IMG/VR virus record: IMGVR_UViG_3300021426_003461
Direction: 5' to 3' (one strand)
Origin: a virus
Length of the DNA: 41,846 nucleotides
The position numbers and the translations under genes were made by a program. Numbering within the stretch: position 1 is the first letter of the stretch; each line of letters starts with the position of its first letter. Shown here piece by piece: positions 1 to 8,627 of this stretch. The notes beneath the pieces were generated by a model, which did not search any database, was not told where the DNA came from, and saw only the letters and a list, made by a program, of their open reading frames with translations.

Positions 1-1155
1 TTAGTAGTATTTATCAGTAGTATTCGCCATCTCCTTTCTTACTTTTTCTGTAATATGTCCATAGGTGTTTATTGTTGTCTGAATGTTGGAATGCCCTATT
101 CTTTTTGATATAGCGTACATTTCCCAACCCTCAGACATCATTGTAGTTACAAAGGTGTGCCTTAGGTCATACATTCTTATTTTAGGTACTCCAGATTTTT
201 CAATATAATAATTAAAGTGCTTCCTTAGAGAAACATCACTATATGGTTTACCAGTTGATGGATTAGTTAGTATGATAGTATCATCTGTTATATCTAGCTT
301 TAAAGTGTTAGTTAAAAATTTTCTATACTTCTCAATTTCATTTATCAATTTATCAGATACATCTATTATTCTCTTTGATTGCTCATTTTTAGGCTCTTTA
401 ATAAAAGTTTTAGAATGTGGGTCATAATCTATTGAATGCTTTATTGTAATAGTATTGTATTCCTTAGATACATCACAAAATCTTAATGCTCTAGTTTCTC
501 CAAGCCTGTCCCCTAAATTAAAACCGAGTAGAATAACCACTTTAACCATGTATGCAGTTCTTTTAGTCTCATCTGTACCATTTTCTATGTCATCATTAAT
601 TACACCTAGAATAGCCTTTAAATGCTCTGGCAACCAATATTTCATTTCTGACTTATCTTCTTTTAATTTCTTGATATTAGAAATTGGATTATATGGCAAG
701 TATTCTTTTTCAACACACCAATTAAAGAATGCTCTCAAATCAACTAACATTCTATTTTTCTCTTTGTTTGTTGTTTTAAAATTATTCCATATTCTTGTAA
801 ATTCTTCATTTCTTATTGATGATAATTTCATGTCATCAAACTGATAAAGAAAAGCATTATATAGTATTTTCTTTTTTTTAATAGTGTTATAGGAAAGATT
901 GTCTTCACTCCATTTATAGTATTTGTTCCATACTTCTTTAAATGTAGCATTGTTTGATAACTGGCTCTTTTTTGTTATTCTTACTTTTTGATTATCTCTT
1001 ACTTTAATAGCCTTTTCTATATCAAAGATTTTGTTGTCTTTTTCATCAGCACTAATGGTACTGTGTGTACCAGGTATTACAATTATGTAATTCTGTTTTT
1101 TAATTGATTTATATATGTTCTGATATCTTGTTTTTTTATAACGTTTTAAGTCCAT
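1..1155 (-). CDS. int: Phage tyrosine recombinase (integrase)
   Basis: C-terminal catalytic motifs GDRLGETRALR, YDLRHTF, GHSNIQTTINTYGH; placed beside the lysogeny module. Confidence 0.95.
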   Translation of the reverse strand: MDLKRYKKTRYQNIYKSIKKQNYIIVIPGTHSTISADEKDNKIFDIEKAIKVRDNQKVRITKKSQLSNNATFKEVWNKYYKWSEDNLSYNTIKKKKILYNAFLYQFDDMKLSSIRNEEFTRIWNNFKTTNKEKNRMLVDLRAFFNWCVEKEYLPYNPISNIKKLKEDKSEMKYWLPEHLKAILGVINDDIENGTDETKRTAYMVKVVILLGFNLGDRLGETRALRFCDVSKEYNTITIKHSIDYDPHSKTFIKEPKNEQSKRIIDVSDKLINEIEKYRKFLTNTLKLDITDDTIILTNPSTGKPYSDVSLRKHFNYYIEKSGVPKIRMYDLRHTFVTTMMSEGWEMYAISKRIGHSNIQTTINTYGHITEKVRKEMANTTDKYY

Positions 1156-1284
1156 AATTTTATCATCCTTTCATTGCTATTCGGATGAAAATATGCTAAA
1201 ATTAAAGCATAGAAAAAATCCGAAGTCGTGTTTGTGTTTTTTTCTATATATTTTGATCTCATATTCGCAGTATGAGGTCTTTTT

Positions 1285-1659
1285 TTAATGTCTTAATGGA
1301 GCTCCAACATTATCTCTGAAACTACCAAGTAAGATTTTTATTATATCTATTATCCATCCTATACAAAATACTCCAAAAGTAAATGTATAAAGTAATCCTT
1401 TCTTTATATTTCCAACATAATATTGGTGTAGTCCAAACCAACCACCAAAGATACACATGAGTAGTGCAGTCTTTTTACTCTTATCACTTGACATAGTAGT
1501 GTACTTTGAACCACCTGATACATTATTATTTATAATAACCTGTTTATCATTATTATTATTTTTTATTTCTTCAACTTGTCTTCCACATTTAGTACATACA
1601 ACTGCATTCATAGGAATTTTTTCTCCACAGAATTTACAAAATTTAGTTTCATTAGCCAT
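1285..1659 (-). CDS. Zinc-ribbon (CxxC...CxxC) plus TM2-domain membrane protein
   Basis: N-terminal FCKFCGEKIP...CTKCG; C-terminal FGGWFGLHQYYVGNIKKGLLYTFTFGVFCIGWIID typical of TM2 domains. Confidence 0.85.
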   Translation of the reverse strand: MANETKFCKFCGEKIPMNAVVCTKCGRQVEEIKNNNNDKQVIINNNVSGGSKYTTMSSDKSKKTALLMCIFGGWFGLHQYYVGNIKKGLLYTFTFGVFCIGWIIDIIKILLGSFRDNVGAPLRH

Positions 1660-1720
1660 AATCTTTTATAATCTCCTTTCTTAACTAATATTGAATTTAT
1701 ATATTACTAGTTGCAACCTC

Positions 1721-2230
1721 TTATATATCTTTATTATCACTTCCTTTATTTTCTTGTTTATATAGTGTATCTATCATGTTGTCTGCAATTTCTTTACTAT
1801 TTTTACTTAAAGAAGAATATTTAGTAACTATTTCATTATCTTTGCCAGTAAATATTGCATATTTGTCTGTAATCCAATTAATAATTGCATTTTTTAAGTT
1901 ATTATAGTTGAGAGCTGTTTCATTAGGCATATTTAAATTAAGAAAGATGATTTTACATATATCAAATGGTATATTTAATTCATTACTTACTCTTAATAGA
2001 GCATCATCTAATTCAGTGCCTAATCTTAGATCACTTGTTATCAACTCTGTTAAACTTATGTTTAAAGCTTTAGATATATCAACTGCATTGCTGATTGTTG
2101 GGATTCTATTGTCATCTTCCCATCTAGCAATAGTTGTTTGATTTACACCTATCATTTCAGCAAGTTTATTTTGAGAAAGCCCCTTTTTTTCACGTAAATA
2201 TTTTAAATTTGTACTAAAGCATGTTGCCAT
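1721..2230 (-). CDS. XRE-family HTH transcriptional regulator, CI-like repressor
   Basis: LKYLREKKGLSQNKLAEMIGVNQTTIARWEDDNRIP HTH; divergent from early operon. Confidence 0.9.
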   Translation of the reverse strand: MATCFSTNLKYLREKKGLSQNKLAEMIGVNQTTIARWEDDNRIPTISNAVDISKALNISLTELITSDLRLGTELDDALLRVSNELNIPFDICKIIFLNLNMPNETALNYNNLKNAIINWITDKYAIFTGKDNEIVTKYSSLSKNSKEIADNMIDTLYKQENKGSDNKDI

Positions 2231-2286
2231 ATTTCCTCCCTCCTGACTGAATTATACATCAATTTACAAAATACATCAATAAAAAA

Positions 2287-2330
2287 ATGACAAAATGCAG
2301 AAAAAACTATTGACATCTGCACTCTGTCAT
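2287..2330. promoter_or_regulatory. Operator inverted repeat pair ATGACAAAATGCAGA / TCTGCACTCTGTCAT
   Basis: Two 15-nt half-elements in inverted orientation flanking/overlapping the early promoter. Confidence 0.7.
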
Positions 2331-2338
2331 AATATACT
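2310..2338 (+). promoter_or_regulatory. Early (PR-like) sigma70 promoter TTGACA-N17-TATACT
   Basis: Consensus -35, 17-nt spacer, near-consensus -10, 21 nt upstream of the cro-like start codon. Confidence 0.85.
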
Positions 2339-2359
2339 AGAAGCAGATAGGAGGTAAAT

Positions 2360-2602
2360 ATGAGATCAAACATGATTAGATGTATAGGATTGGAATTAGC
2401 AGATATTAGAAATACTAAAGACTATTCTATTATTGAAGTATCAAAAAAAATAGATGTTAATAAAGATACTATAAGTAATTATGAAAATGGTAAATCGCCA
2501 ATGCAAATTACAATCTTAGAAAAATTATTAAATTTCTATAATGTACCTGTCAATATTTTTTTTAATAAAGTATATGACAGAATGCAGATAAGCATTACTT
2601 AG
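2360..2602 (+). CDS. Cro-like XRE HTH protein
   Basis: STKDYSIIEVSKKIDVNKDTISNYENGKSPM-type HTH; first gene of early operon. Confidence 0.8.
   Translation: MRSNMIRCIGLELADIRNTKDYSIIEVSKKIDVNKDTISNYENGKSPMQITILEKLLNFYNVPVNIFFNKVYDRMQISIT
2574..2588 (+). promoter_or_regulatory. Third operator-like copy ATGACAGAATGCAGA
   Basis: 14/15 match to each of the two intergenic operator elements. Confidence 0.6.
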
Positions 2603-2639
2603 TGTAAGAAAATAAGCAAACACGACTGAGGAGGTTCTA

Positions 2640-2831
2640 ATGAAGAAATTAACATATACAGCAAAAGATATAGCAAAAATTTTAAATGTTAGTACTCCTA
2701 CTGGATATGATGTTCTGAGAAAATTGCAAGCACAGTTTAAACAAGACAATCCTGATTCAATTGTAATTAAAAGATGTATTCCAGCACAGTACTTTGAAAA
2801 GAAAATATTAGGAATAGAAAGGAAAGAATAA
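2640..2831 (+). CDS. Small HTH DNA-binding protein (excisionase/MerR-like)
   Basis: YTAKDIAKILNVSTPTGYDVLRKLQ. Confidence 0.7.
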   Translation: MKKLTYTAKDIAKILNVSTPTGYDVLRKLQAQFKQDNPDSIVIKRCIPAQYFEKKILGIERKE

Positions 2832-3101
2832 GAATGAAAATGGAGATAGTTGATTATCAGATGATGGAAATTATCCACAAAAATCATTTAAGAAAGGATG
2901 TAAGAAAAAGCACTAAGAAACAAGACATAATAGAAGCAATATTATTTACTATTGTAGTAACTATTGGGTACATCTTAGTTGGAATAGTTGAGGCTTTATA
3001 GTATGAAAAAATGCATAAAAAAAGGAAACCCACACATCAATAGTTTCCATGCTTTGATTATATCAAAAAAATAAATAAAAATCTACACATAGGGAGGCAA
3101 A

Positions 3102-3902
3102 ATGAATAATGAAGGCTTTATTAACTTACATAGAGGAATAATGAAGTGGGAATGGTATCAAGATACAAATACCAAGGCAGTATTCATTCACTGCCTACTG
3201 AAAGCCAACTGGGAAGATGGTAGATTTGAGGGAATTGATATACCAAGAGGGAGCTTTGTTACAAGTAGAAAAAACATTGCAAAAGAATTAGGTTTGTCAG
3301 AGCAAGCAGTAAGGACTGCAATAAAACACCTAATTTCAACCAAGGAAATAACCAGGGTAACAACCTCTAAATTTACAATAATATCAATAAATAATTACAA
3401 TCGGTATCAATTCATTAACCAAGTATCTAACCAACAACTAACCAGCAATCAACCAGCAAGTAACCAGCAAGTAACCACAATAGAAAAAGAAAAAAAATAT
3501 AAAAATATAAAAAATATATATAACAACAACAATAATAACGTGCACGAAGAAAATTTAAATAATAATTTATTTCAGTACGTTGAATCCAGTTTTGGAAGAC
3601 CTTTAGGTCCCAGAGAAATAGAGAGAATTAGAGAATGGGATGACAGTGAGCTCACAAGATATGCTGTCAAGGTTGCTGTACTTAATGGAGTTTACACAAT
3701 AGCATACATAGACAAGATATTGTATTCTTACGAGAAGAATAATATCAAAACAGTACAAGAAGCTCAGAATAGAGAAAAAGAGTTTCGAGAGGCAAAGAAA
3801 AAGAAAATAGTTAAGCCTAGTGGCCCAAGAGAAGATAGTTTTGAGGGTGTCATGGCTAGGTTTAGAGAGGAACACAAAGATGAATATAGTAGAGTTCGAT
3901 AA
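3102..3902 (+). CDS. Phage replication initiator, winged-helix plus DnaD-like domain
   Basis: N-terminal phage replisome organizer pattern (GFINLHRGIMKWEWYQD...GSFVTSRKNIAKELGLSEQAVRTAIKHL); C-terminal DnaD-like helix region. Confidence 0.8.
   Translation: MNNEGFINLHRGIMKWEWYQDTNTKAVFIHCLLKANWEDGRFEGIDIPRGSFVTSRKNIAKELGLSEQAVRTAIKHLISTKEITRVTTSKFTIISINNYNRYQFINQVSNQQLTSNQPASNQQVTTIEKEKKYKNIKNIYNNNNNNVHEENLNNNLFQYVESSFGRPLGPREIERIREWDDSELTRYAVKVAVLNGVYTIAYIDKILYSYEKNNIKTVQEAQNREKEFREAKKKKIVKPSGPREDSFEGVMARFREEHKDEYSRVR
3417..3540. repeat. Six AACC-phased iteron-like repeats (about 11-bp period) followed by an A/T-only-rich tract; candidate replication origin
   Basis: AACC starts at 3417, 3429, 3440, 3451, 3462, 3473; consensus AACCAGCAAGT; followed by AAAAAAATATAAAAATATAAAAAATATATAA. 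Confidence 0.65.
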
Positions 3903-4350
3903 GTTTATTGAGAAGATAAAAGCTTATTACCCAATGTTTAAATTAACAACAGAGGGAACTAATGAATGGAAAGATGTACTAAGTAAGTACGAGACAGCAG
4001 ATATTTTGAGAGTATTCAGTGAATGGATTTATGAACATCCAGATGCTCAGCCAAAGTTACAATTATTAACAAAATATCTCAAAACAAAAGAAGAAAAGAA
4101 AACTAACAGCACAGATTATTTAATCAGATGTGATCTATGTGGTAAGGAAATGAGATTATCAGTATATGAGAATAGTTATAGAGATAGATGTTTACTTATA
4201 AAATCACTTCAAAGTGCGATAAAAGAGAAAAAGGGAGTAGATGTGTCATATGAAGAACTTGATGGATGCACAATGGAAATACTTAGAAAACTTGAAGACA
4301 AGTATATTCCAATGCCAAAAAGTCTCAATGACATCTTAAATAAATTTTAA
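3880..4350 (+). CDS. Helicase-loader/inhibitor-like replication protein with C-terminal CxxC
   Basis: Start refined from 3820 to ATG 3880 preceded by GAGAGGAAC; MNIVEFDKFIEKIKAYYPMFKL...; CDLCGK motif. Confidence 0.5.
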   Translation: MNIVEFDKFIEKIKAYYPMFKLTTEGTNEWKDVLSKYETADILRVFSEWIYEHPDAQPKLQLLTKYLKTKEEKKTNSTDYLIRCDLCGKEMRLSVYENSYRDRCLLIKSLQSAIKEKKGVDVSYEELDGCTMEILRKLEDKYIPMPKSLNDILNKF

Positions 4351-4368
4351 AAATGAAAGGAAGAAATT

Positions 4369-4803
4369 ATGGAAAATAAAAAGATTATTACTAGCTTTAT
4401 AGCTAGATTAAAAATAGCCTATCCATATTACTTTAAAGAACTAACTGATGAGGAGTTTGTAGGGTTATTGAATATGTACCAAGAAGAGCTTTCAAACTAC
4501 AATGAAATAACACTTTCAACAGCTTTAAAAACAATTATTAGAAAAAATAAGTTTATGCCATCTTTAAAAGAAATACTAGATGAATGTGAGGTGTGCAAGT
4601 CTCACAAAAGAAGTTTAGTAGTTGAAAGAATGATTAAGGCTGGTTATTTTCACGATCAACGAGAAATAGAAAAAACATATCACTTTTTAGAAGAGGGAAT
4701 AATTCCTGATTGGTTGTTAGCTGATATGAAAAAGTATGGATATGACGATGATAAATTGTTAACAGCTAGAGAAATAAAACTATTGGAAGAAAACAATGCG
4801 TAA
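4369..4803 (+). CDS. Second helicase-loader/inhibitor-like protein
   Basis: IITSFIARLKIAYPYYFKELTDEEFVGLLNMYQEEL...KFMPSLKEILD, loader-of-G40P-like pattern. Confidence 0.5.
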   Translation: MENKKIITSFIARLKIAYPYYFKELTDEEFVGLLNMYQEELSNYNEITLSTALKTIIRKNKFMPSLKEILDECEVCKSHKRSLVVERMIKAGYFHDQREIEKTYHFLEEGIIPDWLLADMKKYGYDDDKLLTAREIKLLEENNA

Positions 4804-4884
4804 GAAAAATAACAAATGAGAATAATAAATTTTTGACAAATTAAAAAGTTAAAGGGTGCGGTTGAAAATTTAATTGAAAGGGAA

Positions 4885-5358
4885 ATGCTAATGAAAATAT
4901 TATTTCAAAAATATTATGATGATCTGTTAGATCAAATAAAAAGAGCAGAACAATCAGCAAATGAAGCACACAGAAAACTATCAAAAATGAATAGTGAGAT
5001 ACTAGGCAAAGAAATTCAAATTGAAAGCTTACAGAAGAATTTTGATAGTAAATGTAAGACTCTTTTAATGACTGAATCTGAACTTGTTAATGTCAGGGAA
5101 CAAAGAGATAAGGTAGAAGAAGAATTAAAAGAATTAAAGAAAAAGTATAGAAAACAGAATAGCCAAAAAGGTGGATATGTTACACGCATAAATAACTTAT
5201 TGGCCGAATTAGAAGAAGAAAAAAAGAAATCAGCAGGAAAAGACACAATAATTGGAAATTTTAAAACGGAATTAAAAAAGTATATTCCGAAAAAGTCAGT
5301 AATTGAATACGAAAAAGGAATTAGAGATAGGAGCATGTATGAACGAAAAAATCTATGA
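4885..5358 (+). CDS. Coiled-coil hypothetical protein
   Basis: Intact ORF in the co-directional early array. Confidence 0.7.
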   Translation: MLMKILFQKYYDDLLDQIKRAEQSANEAHRKLSKMNSEILGKEIQIESLQKNFDSKCKTLLMTESELVNVREQRDKVEEELKELKKKYRKQNSQKGGYVTRINNLLAELEEEKKKSAGKDTIIGNFKTELKKYIPKKSVIEYEKGIRDRSMYERKNL

Positions 5359-5530
5359 TGATTTCAACAAACCTGAAGAAATTAGAGTTGATACAGATCA
5401 TTATGAAAAAATGTGTATTAACCTAGAGATATATGAAAAAGTAATTGAATGGATAAAAGATGCCTTAGAAGATTGTGATTATGAACGAATAAAAGATATA
5501 TTGAATGGCTTGAAAGAAGAACTTATTTAA
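5339..5530 (+). CDS. Small hypothetical protein
   Basis: In-frame ATG inside ORF-track 5303..5530; overlaps preceding gene end. Confidence 0.6.
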   Translation: MNEKIYDDFNKPEEIRVDTDHYEKMCINLEIYEKVIEWIKDALEDCDYERIKDILNGLKEELI

Positions 5531-5556
5531 AAAAATAAAAAATAACGGAGGAAAAT

Positions 5557-6498
5557 ATGAATCAAGAACTAGAAGAAAAAGAAACCATAGAGGAAGCAGA
5601 AGTTAAAGAAGAAAAAACAGAAGAAATAAATATAAACGAAATATTAGTAGTAGAGCAAGTCCCAAAAATTTATGAAGATTTAGAAAAGATTGGAACATAT
5701 TTAGATAAAGCTCTAGAAGGAATTGATGAAATTGAATGCACCGAAAGTAATAAGCAAGAGGTAAAAAGAAAGAAAGCAGAGATTAATAATACAAAGACTT
5801 TATTAGAAAACAAAAGAAAAGAAATAAAGGCTAAGATAGAAGAACCATATAACATTATCGAATCTAAATACAATGAGTTCGTTAAAACTAAGTTAGATAC
5901 AGCAATACAAACTCTTAGTGACAAGATTGATAGTATTGAAGATGAACAAAAATCGGAAATAGAAGAGAAATGCAAAAATTACTTTAATGAATATGCAATA
6001 AGCAAGAATATTGAATTTTTAAAATTTGAAAATATGAATTTAAAAATTGTTTTAGGACTGGTAACTAGTACAGGAGCTTTAACAAAAAAGACTCAAGATA
6101 CTATTAGAGAATTCATAGATCGTGTAAGAAAAGATTTGGATTTAATAGAAACATTAGATTTTAAAGATGAAATATTAGTTGAATTTAAAAAGACATTAGC
6201 ATGTGCAGATTCTATAGCATTAGTACAAGACAGACATAAACAACTAGAAGAAATGAAAAAACAAAAAGAAGAGCAGAAAGAAAAACAAATAACTGATGAA
6301 TCTATGTTGAATAGAATTGATAAAGTTTTATCAGCTCCAACAATAACAGTAGCAAGTAATGAACCAATAATGATAGAAACTGCTTTTGTTATCAGAGTAC
6401 AAGATATTGAATGCTTAAAAGAAATCAAAGAAGTATGTTCAAAATATAATGCTCAAATAATTTCACTAGTAAAGGAAGAAGGTGTATACCATGACTAA
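5557..6498 (+). CDS. DUF1351-like protein upstream of RecT
   Basis: Acidic coiled-coil N-terminus then KREIKAKIEEPYNIIESKYNEFVK pattern; conserved position before recT. Confidence 0.65.
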   Translation: MNQELEEKETIEEAEVKEEKTEEININEILVVEQVPKIYEDLEKIGTYLDKALEGIDEIECTESNKQEVKRKKAEINNTKTLLENKRKEIKAKIEEPYNIIESKYNEFVKTKLDTAIQTLSDKIDSIEDEQKSEIEEKCKNYFNEYAISKNIEFLKFENMNLKIVLGLVTSTGALTKKTQDTIREFIDRVRKDLDLIETLDFKDEILVEFKKTLACADSIALVQDRHKQLEEMKKQKEEQKEKQITDESMLNRIDKVLSAPTITVASNEPIMIETAFVIRVQDIECLKEIKEVCSKYNAQIISLVKEEGVYHD

Positions 6499-7351
6499 TA
6501 AACAAGAATTAATTAAAGCTCAACAAGAAGCAAAAGCAAAACTTAATGCAATCCCATTTGCCAGTTTTATAAATCAAGGAGCAATACAAAATAGAATAAT
6601 CAAAACAATTGGTAGTGAAAGAGGTCAAAGATTTATTACAGCAATAGTATCTGCCGTAAATAATAACAGTTCTTTAGCAGAATGTACTAATGATAGTATT
6701 TATTCTGGTGCTTTGCTAGGAGAGAGTCTTAATTTAAGTCCAAGTCCACAACTGGGACACTATTATTTAGTACCATTTAAAGACAAAGAAAAAGGTAAAG
6801 TTGCACAATTTCAATTGGGCTATAAAGGATACTTACAGCTAGCCATTAGAAGTGGTTATTATAAAAAGATTAATGTTTTAGATATTAAAGAGGGAGAACT
6901 TATCAAATACAATCCACTTGATGAAGAAATAGAAGTTAACCTAATAGAAGATGAGGAAAAAAGAGAAAAAGCAAAAACAATTGGATATTATGCTATGTTT
7001 GAATATACCAATGGTTTTAAGAAAACTTTATATTGGTCTAAGAGCAAAATGATTGAACATGCTAAGAAATATTCACAGGGGTATAGGGCTGACTTAAGTA
7101 AAGGTACGTCATATACCTTCTGGAGTAAGGATTTTGACGGAATGGCATTTAAGACTATGTTAAGACAATTAATTAGCAAGTGGGGAATTATGAGTATCGA
7201 AATGCAAAATGCTGTAGAAAAGGATATGGCAGTAATAAATGAAGACGGTACTCCTGATTATGTAGATAATAAGAGACCAGAAGAACCAGTTGTTCCAGAC
7301 GTTCAAATAACATCTGAAACAGTTAAACAGGTAAATATAAATGAATTATAA
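6494..7351 (+). CDS. recT: RecT-family single-strand annealing recombinase
   Basis: NPSPQLGHYYLVPFKDKEKGKVAQFQLGYKGYLQLAIRSG and Mxx...ALKTMLRQLISKWGIMS motifs; start refined from 6482. Confidence 0.93.
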   Translation, partial: TNKQELIKAQQEAKAKLNAIPFASFINQGAIQNRIIKTIGSERGQRFITAIVSAVNNNSSLAECTNDSIYSGALLGESLNLSPSPQLGHYYLVPFKDKEKGKVAQFQLGYKGYLQLAIRSGYYKKINVLDIKEGELIKYNPLDEEIEVNLIEDEEKREKAKTIGYYAMFEYTNGFKKTLYWSKSKMIEHAKKYSQGYRADLSKGTSYTFWSKDFDGMAFKTMLRQLISKWGIMSIEMQNAVEKDMAVINEDGTPDYVDNKRPEEPVVPDVQITSETVKQVNINEL

Positions 7352-7976
7352 AATCATAAATACTGGAAGTGATGGAAATGCCACAGTTATAGCAGATATA
7401 ATCTTAATAGATTGTGGTGTTTCTTTCCGTAAATTAGAACCATATTTTAAAAAATTGAGACTAGTTCTCTTAACACATATTCATTCAGATCATTTTAATA
7501 AAACCACAATAAGAAGATTGGCAAAAGATAGACCGACAATAAGGTTTGGATGTTGTGAATGGTTAGTGCAAGAATTAATCGATTGCGGTGTTGATAGAAG
7601 AAATATTGATGTATATGAAATCGGATTATTTTATGATTATGGATTACTTAAAATAATGCCAGTTAAGTTGTTTCATGATGTTCCAAATTGTGGTTATAAA
7701 GTTTTTATTAATAATAAAAAAGTGGTTTATGCAACAGATACAAATACATTAGGAGAATTAGAAGCAAAAGATTTTGATTTATATCTAATAGAAGGAAACT
7801 ATGAAAATAAAGAAGAATTAAGAGAAAGAGCAGAAAATGATTATTACTATGACCGAGTTATAAAAACTCATTTAAGTAGAGAATATACTACAGAATGGTT
7901 ATTGAATAATATGGGAGACAATTCAGAATTTAAATTTATGCATGAGCATAAAGAGCATGCAAAGAAAGAAGGTTAG
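7341..7976 (+). CDS. MBL-fold metallohydrolase
   Basis: THIHSDHFNKT (HxHxDH), FHDVPNCGYKV, ATDTNTLGE. Confidence 0.88.
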   Translation: MNYKIINTGSDGNATVIADIILIDCGVSFRKLEPYFKKLRLVLLTHIHSDHFNKTTIRRLAKDRPTIRFGCCEWLVQELIDCGVDRRNIDVYEIGLFYDYGLLKIMPVKLFHDVPNCGYKVFINNKKVVYATDTNTLGELEAKDFDLYLIEGNYENKEELRERAENDYYYDRVIKTHLSREYTTEWLLNNMGDNSEFKFMHEHKEHAKKEG

Positions 7977-7981
7977 TAAAA

Positions 7982-8278
7982 GTGAACGAACTAAGCGAGA
8001 AAGAAAAAGAAGCAGTAAGAAGATGTGAATATGCTTGCAATAAGTTTAGAGAAAATCATATTCCACACGTTGTTAAAAAGCAAGAAATAGGCCATATAAA
8101 CTTATTAGCAAATGTTGATGGTAAATTATTAGCAGTCATGTCTTTTTGGGCTAGAACTGGCAAATTTATATTTTTAAGAATGCCGAAAAGTAAAATAATA
8201 ATAACATCTGAAAATGATAGAGGATTAAATAATTGCATTGATGCATATTTAAAATTTATTAAAGCTGAAAATAAATAG
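7982..8278 (+). CDS. VRR-NUC/archaeal Holliday-like? unassigned small protein
   Basis: Intact ORF with GTG start, in array; product not recognised. Confidence 0.5.
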   Translation: MNELSEKEKEAVRRCEYACNKFRENHIPHVVKKQEIGHINLLANVDGKLLAVMSFWARTGKFIFLRMPKSKIIITSENDRGLNNCIDAYLKFIKAENK

Positions 8279-8291
8279 AGGTGTTTGAAAA

Positions 8292-8600
8292 GTGTTAGAA
8301 AACCTAAAAGATGACATTATGCAATATGATGAGTTTATAGAGTCATTCAATGCAATGGAAACAGAAGATATTGAATTAGCTTATGATTTAGCAAAACAGA
8401 GTTTTATTTTAGCAAATAGATGGAATGAAATAATGTTGAATAGTGCTAAGTATAGTGATTTAACAGATTATGGCAAAACTACATTTGAAAAATGGGCATA
8501 TCACAAATATAGGATTTTAATGGTAGCTCATGAGTTTTGCAGAGTTACATGGAGACAAGGAAAAGAAGAATTAAGAAATACATTTTTAAACGAAGAATAA
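8292..8600 (+). CDS. Hypothetical protein
   Basis: Intact ORF in array. Confidence 0.65.
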   Translation: MLENLKDDIMQYDEFIESFNAMETEDIELAYDLAKQSFILANRWNEIMLNSAKYSDLTDYGKTTFEKWAYHKYRILMVAHEFCRVTWRQGKEELRNTFLNEE

Positions 8601-8627
8601 CAAGAAATAAGCAGAAGGGTAATAAAA

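Noticed and set aside
455-844. Plus-strand ORF opposite the integrase and similar antisense ORFs (e.g. 5016-5336, 18462-18923, 31295-31603, 32405-32875)
   Set aside because: They lie antisense to clear coding genes, have low-complexity hydrophobic/Ser-Leu-rich compositions typical of AT-rich antisense frames, and lack convincing ribosome-binding context.
7982-8278. Assigning a nuclease (VRR-NUC or similar) function to this small protein
   Set aside because: Listed only as an unassigned ORF; no catalytic motif could be supported from the sequence.
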